Shown here in pieces: positions 40,891 through 50,532 of a stretch of 64,000 nt of DNA (position 1 is its first letter; every line of letters starts with the position of its first letter). A program made the position numbers and the translations under genes. Origin of the DNA: an uncultured Gemmatimonadaceae bacterium (GTDB taxonomy: Bacteria > Gemmatimonadota > Gemmatimonadetes > Gemmatimonadales > Gemmatimonadaceae); contig CAWBOC010000005.1 of the NCBI GenBank assembly GCA_963790305.1, forward strand, positions 160,001 to 224,000, in the 5' to 3' direction. The notes below the pieces were generated by a model. It did not search any database and had not been told where the DNA came from. It saw only the letters and a list, made by a program, of their open reading frames with translations.

Positions 40891-42569
40891 GGGGTCGCTT
40901 GTGTCGGTGGCCAGCCCTGCCCCCGCAGCACGTGCCCGGGCTTCGCTCCGGTGTGCCGCGCGCGATCAATCACGACGACGCCGTTGACCAGCACCCAGTC
41001 GATCCCGGTCGGAAATTCAGTCGGTCGCTCGTACGTCGCGCGATCGTCGAGCGCGTCGAGATCGAAGATCGTCACATCGGCCCAGGCGCCGACGCGAATC
41101 ACGCCGCGGTCAGCGAGGCGCATTCGAGTCGCGGGCCAGGACGTCATCTTCCGCACCGCCTCCTCGAGCGAAAGCGTCTTCCTCTCCTTCACGTATCGCG
41201 CGATCACGCGAACATGATTGCCGAAGCTGCGCGGGTGCGGCAGTCCGGTCGCATCGGGAACGCCGACCTGCGCGACCGCTCCCGCGTCGCTGCCGATGCT
41301 CGTCCACGGGAAACGGAGAGCGGTCTCGATGTCGCGCTCGCTCATCATATGGTAGATCGCCATGACGCGGCCCTGCCCCTGCGTGACGAGATCCCACGCC
41401 ACGTCCGCCGGATCCCGCTTCGCCTCACGAGCGATCTGGGCGATCGTCTTGGTCTCATGCTTCGCGTTCGCGGGATTGCGCGCGTTGACCAGGACGATGC
41501 CCTCCCATCCGCCGGCTGCCTCGACGATGTTCCACCAGCCTGGAGAGCCGGTCTCGAGCTCGCGCTTGAGCCGCGCCCGTACATCAGGGCGTGCGAGTCG
41601 CGCGCGCAACGAATCCGCGCCGCCCTCGTGCGCCCAGCTCGGGATCGTTGCTTCGAGCCCCGTTCCGCCCGCGGTGTACACGTACATGTCGGCGGCCACA
41701 TCCACCCCTCGCGCGCGCGCCGCCTCGATCACCTGCCGCACCGAATCCATGAGGATTCCCCACCCGGGCCGATACGCGACCTTGAGGTGAAAGACCTCGA
41801 CCGGCATCCCCGCCCGCTCGCCGACCTCGATCGCCTCGCGCACCGCCTGCACGACTTCCTTGCCTTCACCGCGAATGTGGCTCGCGTAGATCCCACCGTA
41901 CTGAGCCGCCGTCTTACCGACTTCCACCAGCTCGTCGGTCGTGGTGTAGCTCGACGGGGGATAGATGAGCGCGGTCGTCATGCCCATTGCGCCGTTGCGC
42001 ATCGCGGTATCCATGATGGCGCGCATGCGCGCCAGCTCGTCCGCCGTGGGCGCCCGTGCCTGCCGCCCCAGCACCGCGACGCGCGTCTGTGTCTGGCTGA
42101 AATACGTGCCGAAGTTGATGCTGATCCCCTGCCGCTCGAGCGTCGCGAAGTATTCCGGAATCCCGGACGCTGGCACCGGCGTACCGCCCTCGCCACCGAT
42201 GGCGGTCGTCACTCCCATGCGAAGCTTGTTCTCGGCCAGCCCGTTCCGCGGCAGCACACTCCCCGACTGATCCATGACGTCGATCCAGCCCGGCGAGACG
42301 TATTTCCCGCGCGCATCGATCTCGGTGCGACCGCGCGCTTCCACCCTGCCGATTTCGGCGAAGCGCCCATTCGCGATCGCCACGTCGGCGAGGATCCAGG
42401 GATTCCCCGCTCCATCCAGCACCCGCCCGTTGCGGATGACGATGTCGTATTCCGTCGCCACGCGCGGCACCGGAACCACGTGTCCCGGAGTCGCCATCGG
42501 AGGCGCGCTCGCGCGCGTCGATGTACACGCCGCCGCCGTTAGGCAGATGAGGATGAGCGACCGCTTCAT
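40887..42569 (-). CDS. N-acyl-D-amino-acid deacylase family lipoprotein
   Basis: AAAC lipobox; SPGWIDVMDQS, SHIRGE, HLKVA, IGSDAG, HPRSFG, KMTSWPA. Confidence 0.88.
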   Translation of the reverse strand: MKRSLILICLTAAACTSTRASAPPMATPGHVVPVPRVATEYDIVIRNGRVLDGAGNPWILADVAIANGRFAEIGRVEARGRTEIDARGKYVSPGWIDVMDQSGSVLPRNGLAENKLRMGVTTAIGGEGGTPVPASGIPEYFATLERQGISINFGTYFSQTQTRVAVLGRQARAPTADELARMRAIMDTAMRNGAMGMTTALIYPPSSYTTTDELVEVGKTAAQYGGIYASHIRGEGKEVVQAVREAIEVGERAGMPVEVFHLKVAYRPGWGILMDSVRQVIEAARARGVDVAADMYVYTAGGTGLEATIPSWAHEGGADSLRARLARPDVRARLKRELETGSPGWWNIVEAAGGWEGIVLVNARNPANAKHETKTIAQIAREAKRDPADVAWDLVTQGQGRVMAIYHMMSERDIETALRFPWTSIGSDAGAVAQVGVPDATGLPHPRSFGNHVRVIARYVKERKTLSLEEAVRKMTSWPATRMRLADRGVIRVGAWADVTIFDLDALDDRATYERPTEFPTGIDWVLVNGVVVIDRARHTGAKPGHVLRGQGWPPTQATP

Positions 42570-43759
42570 GGAGCGACCGGTGCGGTGGTCCAGATGTCGG
42601 TCAGGACACGCCGGAAGTTGCCGCCGAGGATTCCCTCGATCTGGCGGTCGGTATACTTGCGGCGCACCAGTCCCTCGGTGAGGTCGAACATCCGCTTCGG
42701 ATGATCGAGCCCCTCGATGTCGATCTTTTCGCGAAAGCCATAGCTTCCCTTGTAGCTCGCGCGGAGCTGCTTGTTCGCCTCCGCTGGCATGTCGTCGTAG
42801 CCGTCGAGGTCCATGTCGCTCCCGACGCCGACATGCTCCACGCCCACCAGCTTCGCGACGTGATCGAAGTGGTCGAGCGCATGCTCGATCGTCGTCGGCT
42901 CCTCGGCGCGCACGAACATGCGGACCCCGGTGAGGCCCATCACGCCGCCCGATTTCGCCATCGCGCGAATCGCCTCATCGGTCTTCACCCGCGGATGGCC
43001 GGGCACGAGCGCGCGACAATTGGAGTGGGTGATGAGCACCGGTTTCTTCGAGACCTCGAACGCATCGAGCGTCGTCCGATCTCCGCAATGTGAGACGTCC
43101 ACGGCCATGCCGACCGTATTCATCCGCTCGACGATCGCTACCCCGAAGTCGCTCAGGCCTTCGTCGCGGCGCTCCGTCGATCCGTTGCCGATGAGGTTGC
43201 GCCGATTGTAGGTCAGCTGGGCGACTCGCTGGCCGAGGCCGTAGAACGCGTCGACGTCGTCGGGCCGCCGGAAATGCTCCGCGTTTTGCACGCCGAGGAT
43301 CACGCCAATTTTCCCCGACGCCTTGATCCGGGCGAAGTCGGCCGGGCTGTCAATGCGCAGGAGGTATTGGTCGCTGCCGGCGATGAACGAATTCCACCCA
43401 CCGAAGAACTGAAGCCCCTGGTCGTAGGCGTTCGTGCCTCCAATCCCGACCGCCGGGTGGAAGACGGTGATGCCGGAGCGCTTGAACTTCTCGAAGTCCG
43501 CGGCGGTGAACGTCTCGGGCGCCTTCGCCCATTTCGCTTGCAGCGGGAAATCGAGCGTGAACACGGCGAGCATGTCGATGACCAGCGAGCGCTGCATGAG
43601 CGCGATGGTGCGCGCCGAGTAGTCGTCGGTGGAGTGGGCAAACAGGCGGAACCGCCCGCGGTTGAGCATGGGCGCCGCGAGGGCGGCCCCTGCTGCGACC
43701 GCGGCGCTCCGAAGGAGCTCACGTCTCGAAAGCATGTGTGGGTCGTGAGGAGATTTCAC
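42566..43759 (-). CDS. M19 membrane-dipeptidase family protein, Tat-exported
   Basis: SRRELL twin-arginine signal; QLTYN, VDVSH, THSN, VGSDMD, ILGGNF. Confidence 0.9.
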   Translation of the reverse strand: MKSPHDPHMLSRRELLRSAAVAAGAALAAPMLNRGRFRLFAHSTDDYSARTIALMQRSLVIDMLAVFTLDFPLQAKWAKAPETFTAADFEKFKRSGITVFHPAVGIGGTNAYDQGLQFFGGWNSFIAGSDQYLLRIDSPADFARIKASGKIGVILGVQNAEHFRRPDDVDAFYGLGQRVAQLTYNRRNLIGNGSTERRDEGLSDFGVAIVERMNTVGMAVDVSHCGDRTTLDAFEVSKKPVLITHSNCRALVPGHPRVKTDEAIRAMAKSGGVMGLTGVRMFVRAEEPTTIEHALDHFDHVAKLVGVEHVGVGSDMDLDGYDDMPAEANKQLRASYKGSYGFREKIDIEGLDHPKRMFDLTEGLVRRKYTDRQIEGILGGNFRRVLTDIWTTAPVAP

Positions 43760-43807
43760 GGCAAGCTAGTTAGGAGATCTGGACGATGAGGTGCCCATAG
43801 GAGACGA

Positions 43808-43959
43808 CAACGGCAACGGCAACGGCTTTTCAACGCAGAGGGGGCAGAGGACGCAGAGGCAACCCCAACTGCCAAAGCCTTTTCAAAAGCACTTGCAGTT
43901 GAAGTTCCTCTGCGTCCTCTGCGTCCTCTGCGTTAAAAAGGCCGTTGCCATTGCCGTTG
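43808..43959. repeat. palindromic element with nested 6-nt and 9-nt tandem-repeat arms
   Basis: (caacgg)x3-cttttca-(acgcagagg-like)x3 ... (cctctgcgt)x3-taaaaagg-(ccrttg)x3; inner stem caactgc/gcagttg. Confidence 0.9.
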
Positions 43960-44012
43960 CAGTTCTAGTTCTCCGGCATTGTGCGGTCATCTGCGGCTCC
44001 CGACTCAAGAAG

Positions 44013-45539
44013 TCATCGTGGCGCTGCTGCACGCGTGAACGTGATCCCGAACGCGCGCACCGAGGTCACACCTCCCGTGCCGTCCGGCGCGAAGACGACA
44101 AGAGAGGGGTCCATCCGCACGTCGTCCCATTTGGCCTGGAACGTGTCGTAGTGCCAATGCGTCAACGTGCCGATGCGACCGCGTCCGAACGCGAAGTGCA
44201 GCGCATCGTTCCGAACGCTGACCACTGCGTTGCCATAGGTCTGGTTGGTATATGTCCCCGCGTAGCGGTCGAGCGGCACACTCGGCCGCGTATCGGCGAC
44301 GCGGCGCTGGATCTGATCCCGCCGGGCCGAGTCCGCCTGCCGCTCCAGCCCGGAGTAGAGGGCGAGTAGCTCCTTGCTCCAGTCGCGGGGTGCGTTGCCG
44401 CTGTACATGTCGAACACGCGATACATGAGCGCGTGTCGAAGCTCCGCGTGGTCGAGGTTCGCGAGCACGTACACGCCCAGCCGCCGGTCGGGGATGAGTC
44501 CGATGAGTGCGCTCATGCCATCGATGCTTCCGGTGTGCATCGCCACCGCCTGACCCTGATAGTCGTGGAGAAACCACCCGAGCCCATAGGTGAAGAAATG
44601 CGGGCGCACGAGCGGCATCGTCGAGTACATCTCGCGCGGCGCGACGACCTGGGGCGACAGGAGCTCGCGGAACGTTGCTTCGCTCAGCAGTCGTTTTCCG
44701 CCGACGCGACCGCTGTCGAGGATGAACCGAGCCCACTTCGCCATGTCGCCGACGCTCGACCAGACTGAGCCAGCCGGTCCGACCGCATCGACCGGACGGT
44801 TCGTGATCGGGCGGATCGTGTCGGCAATTTCTCCGTGCGGCGTAGCGATGTTGGATTGGCCATCGAGCGCAGCGAGCGTTGCCTCGGTCGCCTTCATCCC
44901 CAGTGGCTCGAAGATTCGCGTGCGGAGGAATTGGGCCCACGGCATTCCCGATGCCGCGGCAATGACGTCTCCCGCCACGGCATACATGATGTTCTGGTAA
45001 ACAAACCGCGAGCGGAGCGAGTACGCGGGAGCGAGCGTCGCGACGCGGCGCATGATCTCCTCCGCCGGGTAGCCAGCGCTGGCCCACAGCTGATCGGCGT
45101 TGCCGAGCCCACCCCGGTGGGTCAGGAGATCACGAACCGTCAGCTCGCGCGTGACGTACGGATCGCCGACACGGAACCCGGGAAGGTATGTGATGACCGG
45201 CTCGTCCCACCGCACCTTCTTCTCATCGACCAGCATGCCTAACGCAACAGCCGTCATCGCCTTCGTCGTCGAGCCGATGGCGAACCGTGTCCCGGCGTCG
45301 ACCGCGGCGGGTTTCCCGAGCTCGCGAACACCGTAGCCCTTGGCGAAGACGACGCTGTCATCCTTGACGACCGCGATCGCAAGTCCCGGAATCCGCCACT
45401 CGGCGACTGCGCGGGTGATGTAGGCGTCGAGACCGTTCAGGGCTACCGGCGGGCCGGCGCGCTGCGCATTGGCGGACGCTGCGGCGACGATGAGGGGAAC
45501 TGCGGCGAGAACGCGCGCGAGTGGTGGCATTGGTCGCAC
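44013..45539 (-). CDS. secreted serine hydrolase (beta-lactamase/class C-like fold) with DUF3471-like C-terminus
   Basis: STTK (SxxK), YQN, HTG; signal peptide. Confidence 0.92.
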   Translation of the reverse strand: MRPMPPLARVLAAVPLIVAAASANAQRAGPPVALNGLDAYITRAVAEWRIPGLAIAVVKDDSVVFAKGYGVRELGKPAAVDAGTRFAIGSTTKAMTAVALGMLVDEKKVRWDEPVITYLPGFRVGDPYVTRELTVRDLLTHRGGLGNADQLWASAGYPAEEIMRRVATLAPAYSLRSRFVYQNIMYAVAGDVIAAASGMPWAQFLRTRIFEPLGMKATEATLAALDGQSNIATPHGEIADTIRPITNRPVDAVGPAGSVWSSVGDMAKWARFILDSGRVGGKRLLSEATFRELLSPQVVAPREMYSTMPLVRPHFFTYGLGWFLHDYQGQAVAMHTGSIDGMSALIGLIPDRRLGVYVLANLDHAELRHALMYRVFDMYSGNAPRDWSKELLALYSGLERQADSARRDQIQRRVADTRPSVPLDRYAGTYTNQTYGNAVVSVRNDALHFAFGRGRIGTLTHWHYDTFQAKWDDVRMDPSLVVFAPDGTGGVTSVRAFGITFTRAAAPR

Positions 45540-46586
45540 CTACTTGAGCTTGGCCACGAGCCAGTCGACCGTCACCCCGATCACCTCCGGCTCGACGCTG
45601 TTTCGCACCAGACGCGAATACCCGCGGGGGAAGCCGACGGGATCGTAGACGAAGAGATGGTTGAGATCCGGGAATACGCGGAAGGTCACGTCAGTCATGC
45701 CACCGGATTTGATCGCCGCCGCGAGCTCGGCCGTCTGTTCCGGCGTGACCTGTTGGTCGGTGGCGCCGTTGAGCAACAGCGTCGGCGTCTTCACCTGCCG
45801 CGCGACGGCGAGCACGTCGTGATCGAGAAAGAACTTCATCCACGCATTGGACGCTCGCAGCGAGTCGATGCGCGCGGGGATTCTCCCGAGCGCCGAATCC
45901 AGCTTCGTCCCTTTGAGGGACGTGTCGCCGCGAGCCAGGTTGGCCAACTGATACTCGAGAATCCTTCGCCCGCCCCATGACGGCCCCGCCAGCAAGGCCA
46001 TCGCGCGCAGCTGCGGCTCTTTGACGGCGACCAGAGGACCGATCAATCCGCCCTCGCTGTGGCCGAGGATTCCCAGCCGGCTCGCATCGATCTCCGGTCG
46101 CGTGCGCAGGTAGGCGAGCCCGGCGCGAATGTCCTCGGCGAAGTCGGCCGACGTTGCCGTCGAGTGATTTCCTTTGGAGGCGCCGGTTCCACGATCATCC
46201 ATACGCAGCACGGCGATGCCGCGCCGTCCCAACGAGTCGGCGAACTGCCGGAAGGGGCGATACCCTGGCAGCGGCGTGAGCGTCTCATCCCGATCCTGCG
46301 GCCCAGACCCCGTCATGGTGACGACTGCCGCCACCTTGGCCGTCGCGCTTGCGCTGTTAGGCAGCGTCAACGTTCCGGCCAGCGTGTGCCCCATGGGCGT
46401 GGGGATGGTGACGTCGTGCGCCGTATAGGGCGCGCCCAGCGGGGCGGAATAATCCTTTGGCGGCGTGCGACGCGCCGTGTCCGGTCGCGACGCGGTTCGT
46501 GCCGTGTCGGCGGCCGGCCGACCCTGTGCCGGCAGTGCACTCGCCATCAGGATCGAGCCAACGAAGACAGTGGCTACACCGCGCAT
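45540..46586 (-). CDS. secreted alpha/beta hydrolase
   Basis: GSGPQDRD, DDRGTGAS, GHSEGG, D.QV, NHLF. Confidence 0.92.
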   Translation of the reverse strand: MRGVATVFVGSILMASALPAQGRPAADTARTASRPDTARRTPPKDYSAPLGAPYTAHDVTIPTPMGHTLAGTLTLPNSASATAKVAAVVTMTGSGPQDRDETLTPLPGYRPFRQFADSLGRRGIAVLRMDDRGTGASKGNHSTATSADFAEDIRAGLAYLRTRPEIDASRLGILGHSEGGLIGPLVAVKEPQLRAMALLAGPSWGGRRILEYQLANLARGDTSLKGTKLDSALGRIPARIDSLRASNAWMKFFLDHDVLAVARQVKTPTLLLNGATDQQVTPEQTAELAAAIKSGGMTDVTFRVFPDLNHLFVYDPVGFPRGYSRLVRNSVEPEVIGVTVDWLVAKLK

Positions 46587-46620
46587 GACGAATCTCCGAA
46601 GTCCGTTGTGGTGAAAACGC

Positions 46621-47355
46621 CTACCAGCTGCCGCGCTCGCCCAACGCTCCGATCACCTTCGACAAGCGCAGCGCGGCGTTGCTCCAGTTCGTGTCGACCG
46701 CCTGACGAGCCGCGACCGGATCGCCATCGGCAATGTGCCGAATGATCACGTCGTGCTCCTCGACCGAGGTCGTGATCTCGTCGACCAGGCTGCTGATGTA
46801 GAGGCGGATGTATCGCTCCGCTTGCGGCTTGGTGGCGTCGTGCAGAGCGACGAGCCGCGGTCCCGCCCCGCTCTCCACGTACGTCCGATGAAAGGCGGTG
46901 TCGAGATCGAAGATGCGCAGCGGATCGGGACGCGCCTCGCGCGCCGCCTGGGCAAGGTCGCGGTTGAGCGCTTTCAGTCGCTTGACCACAGCGGCACGTT
47001 TGTCGGACGGAAGCTCCGCCGCCGACCGGGCCGCGAGCCCTTCCAGCTGCCCGACGATGTGAAAGAGCTCGCGCGCGTCGTCCTGCGTGAGCGGCGCGAC
47101 GATGAGGCGACGCTCCTTTCCGCGGTTGAGCGCGATGACGTAGCCCTCTTGCTGGAGGCGATGCAGCGCGCTTCGCGTTGGCGTGCGGCTGATGCCGAGG
47201 CGATCGGCGATCTCGCTCTCCACGATCCAGTTCCCGGGGGAGAGACGTCCCCAGACGATGAGCTCGCGCACCTGATCGTACGCGCGCGCAACGCTCTCGC
47301 CCCGTCCGGACGTCGCCTCGCTCGCAACCGCGGCTTCGTCTCGCACGGCGCTCAT
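46621..47355 (-). CDS. GntR (FCD) family transcriptional regulator
   Basis: AYDQVRELI...LGISRTPTRSALHRL...FH...EEH; ATG 47355 overlaps the upstream stop (ATGA). Confidence 0.9.
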   Translation of the reverse strand: MSAVRDEAAVASEATSGRGESVARAYDQVRELIVWGRLSPGNWIVESEIADRLGISRTPTRSALHRLQQEGYVIALNRGKERRLIVAPLTQDDARELFHIVGQLEGLAARSAAELPSDKRAAVVKRLKALNRDLAQAAREARPDPLRIFDLDTAFHRTYVESGAGPRLVALHDATKPQAERYIRLYISSLVDEITTSVEEHDVIIRHIADGDPVAARQAVDTNWSNAALRLSKVIGALGERGSW

Positions 47356-49254
47356 GGCACCATTTCTCGAGCCGGCTCGAGCACATGCACTACGAGATGC
47401 GACGACGCGGCTCCCGTCGAGCGGTGGATGCGCTGCGTCGTCCGACGGTACTGGCCCGGCCGGGCGTGATAGATGTTGGTGAACACGCCCGGATTGCGAT
47501 CGATGACCGGGAACCAGCTGCTCTGCACCTGCACCATGATCCGGTGCCCTTTCTTGAACGTGTGGTACCGGTCGCGCAGCTCGAACGACACCTTCGTCGC
47601 CTGCCCCGGCACCAGGGGCACCGGCTTCTCGTAGCTCTGCCGATACTTCGCGCGGAACACCTCGCCAGCGAGCAGCATCTGAAAGTGTCCCATCTCTGAT
47701 GCCCGCGGGGTTCGGCTCGTTGTTCGGCGTGTCCCCGGGGAGGACATCAATGAGCTTGACCACCCAGTCCGCGTCGGTGCCGCTGGTCGACGCCTGCAGG
47801 CTGGCGACGATCGGTCCGGCGATCGTCACGTCCTCCGTCAGCGGCTCGGTCTCGTAGACCATGACATCCGGCCGCGCCGCCGCGAAGCGTTGATCCTCGA
47901 TCATCCACAGGTGCCCTTGTGTGGTGCGCACCTCGCTCGAGAAGGGAACGGGCTTGTTCGGGTCGTGCACGTATTCGTCGACACCCGGAGACTGCGGCGG
48001 ATCGAAGGAGAGCTTGCCGTTCGCATGGAAGTACAGTCTGCGCGGCGACGTCGTCTTCGGTGGCCACGTGTCATACGTCCGCCACACGTTGCTCCCCGTC
48101 TCGAACACGGTCGCCTCGGCGAGCGTCTTCGCGCACGCGTCTTTCAGGTGGCATTGGAAGAACGGGAACTGAATCTCGGTCTGGAAATGCCGGCTCGTCG
48201 GAGAGCCGAACTTGATGTTCCCGAGCTGATCGCCGGGCATGCTGTTCCAGCCCCCATGAAGCCATGGGCCGACCGCGAGAATGCTGCGATTCTTCGGATG
48301 CAGCTTCTCCAGCGTGTAGTAGATGCTCACTGGACCGTAGAAGTCCTCTGCATCGAACCACCCTGCGACGTTGAGAATCGGCAGATCGGCCGGAACGGTC
48401 CCGAGATCCTTGAGGACGTTCTGCGCCTTCCAGTACTCGTCGTAGTCGGGATGGCGCATGAAGTCGTTCCACGCCGGCACCTGGCCCTGGAAGTACAGCG
48501 AGTCGATGCGCGCCGGTGCCCCCGCGTCCATGAAGAACCGATATCCGTCCGGCGTCCCGTAGCCGAACCCGGTGCCGCCCGTCGTCGTCTGACCGGCGCG
48601 GGTGCGCGCGTTCCCCGCCAGCCAGCTGAACGCGTACATGAGACGGAAGGCGCCGTTGTGGTGGAAGTCGTCGCCGATGAACATGTCGGACGGCGATGCT
48701 TGCGGCGATGCGGCCTTGAGCGCGGGGTGCGCGTTCATCATGCCCATGACCGTCTGCCAGCCGGGGTATGAGACGCCCCACATGCCGACGCGCCCGTTGT
48801 TCCGCGGAATGGCTTTCAGTAGCCAGTCGATCGCATCGTAGGTGTCGCTACTCTCGTCGACGTCCTTCGGTGTGCGCTTCGTCGCCTTGAAGGGCCGCAT
48901 TACCTCGAACTCGCCTTCGGACCGGAATTTTCCGCGGACGTCCTGGAAGACGAAGATGTAGCCTTCCCGATCGAACTCCTGCGACGGACCAAGGACGCGG
49001 CGGAACTGGTCCGGCTCGTACGGGCGGATGGAGTAGGGGGTGCGGACGAGGAGGATCGGGTAGGTGCGCGTCGTATCGCGCGGCTCGTAGACGATCGTGA
49101 ACAGTCGCACGCCGTCGCGCATCGGGACCATGTGATCCCGCTTGAGGTAATGCTGTTTCGCGTCGAACGCGGTATCCTGAGCGGCGATCGCGCTCGCAGC
49201 GAGAAGGAGGGACGCGGTGGAAACCGAGCGCCGGACGAGAGTGCTCCCGAGCAT
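47352..49254 (-). CDS. CocE/NonD hydrolase (alpha-amino acid ester hydrolase-like; frameshift near 47697)
   Basis: VPMRDGVRL, RTPY, QDVRG, GVSYPG, DDFHHNGAF, GPWLHG; C-terminus (HTFKKGHRIMVQVQSSWFP..DRNP) lies in the 47352-47750 frame. Confidence 0.92.
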
Positions 49255-49355
49255 AGGCGAGGCCCGTTGAGGTTCCTGAGGAGTCGGTGCTGCCGCGTCG
49301 TCTTGCGCGCTGGTGCGTCCGCCAACATACTATCCGGCGCATACAGTATCCAGCC

Positions 49356-50510
49356 TTGTACACACTAATACGCGCAATTTTCCGTTGCCCTGCGGTCGCG
49401 GCCCTCGCGCTGGTGCTTCCGCGCTGGGTCGAGGCGCAGGCACAGCTGCCGCCGTTCGTCGAGATGCGCGTCGCGAAAGCGCCGGCGGTCGTGACGGGCA
49501 GGGGAACGGGGATGCTCGTGCACGAGCTGCACGTCACCAACTTTCAGCCGACGGCCTTCACGGTCACTCGTCTGGAAGTCCTCAGTGGCGAAGCGGATGG
49601 CCGCGTTCTGCTCGCGCTCGAGGACAGCACCCTTGCCCGCGCTCTCTCGCGACCGGGCATCACGCCACCGCCCCCGCTGCTGGAGCGCGCGCGGCTGAAT
49701 GGGGGACTGCGAGCGGTCGTGTTTCTGTGGGTACCGCTCGATACGCGCGGAGCGCCGGGCAGCCTGCGTCATCGCGTGACGATCTCACAGGGATCCGGCG
49801 ACAGCGTCCGCACGCACGTGATCGAGGGCGGGCGAACGCCCGTGGTCCGCGACGCCGTGGTGATCGGACCTCCGCTACGTGGAACAGGATGGCTCACCGC
49901 CAACGGGCCCGACGCGCAAACCGGACATCGGCGTGCGATCGTCCCGGTCGAAGGCACGGCGGCGATCGCGCAGCGCTTCGCGATCGACTACGTGAAGATG
50001 GACACGAACGGCCGCCGGTTCACCGGCGACTCACTCAAGAACGAGAGCTACTACGCCCACGGCACGGACGCGATCGCCGTGGCGGATGGGATCGTCGCCG
50101 CCGTGAAGGACAGCATCCCCGAGAACATTCCCGGACCTGCGTCGCGCGCGGTTCCGATCACGCTCGAGACCGTGGGCGGGAACTTCGTCATCCTCGACAT
50201 CGGCCAGGGACGCTACGCGTTCTATGCGCACCTGAGGCCGGGCTCTCTGCGCGTGCGCGTCGGCGAGCGCGTCCGCAAAGGTCAGGTTCTCGGGCTGGTG
50301 GGCAACTCCGGGAACTCCACCGAGCCGCATCTGCACTTCCACGTCATGGATGGAACCTCACCCCTCGGGTCGGAGGGAATTCCGTACGCTCACGAGCGGT
50401 TCGATCTCCTGGGGACGTGTCGTCGGATATTCACCGAGTGCGCACGCTCACCGGCTGAGCCGCGGCGGGGGGAGATTCCGTTGGCCAACATGGTGATAGC
50501 CTTCCCTTAG
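49356..50510 (+). CDS. M23 family metallopeptidase
   Basis: HRR...RFAIDY, AVADG, GNFVIL, YAHL, GNSGNSTEPHLHFH; start uncertain (TTG 49356 chosen). Confidence 0.88.
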   Translation: MYTLIRAIFRCPAVAALALVLPRWVEAQAQLPPFVEMRVAKAPAVVTGRGTGMLVHELHVTNFQPTAFTVTRLEVLSGEADGRVLLALEDSTLARALSRPGITPPPPLLERARLNGGLRAVVFLWVPLDTRGAPGSLRHRVTISQGSGDSVRTHVIEGGRTPVVRDAVVIGPPLRGTGWLTANGPDAQTGHRRAIVPVEGTAAIAQRFAIDYVKMDTNGRRFTGDSLKNESYYAHGTDAIAVADGIVAAVKDSIPENIPGPASRAVPITLETVGGNFVILDIGQGRYAFYAHLRPGSLRVRVGERVRKGQVLGLVGNSGNSTEPHLHFHVMDGTSPLGSEGIPYAHERFDLLGTCRRIFTECARSPAEPRRGEIPLANMVIAFP

Positions 50511-50532
50511 TCGACGCGCTTCGCCCTGCATC

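Noticed and set aside
46621..49254. Apparent 877-aa CocE hydrolase-GntR fusion in the ORF track
   Set aside because: Artefact of a frameshift near 47697. The true CocE C-terminus is in the 47352-47750 frame, the joining segment is non-homologous, and GntR has its own ATG at 47355.
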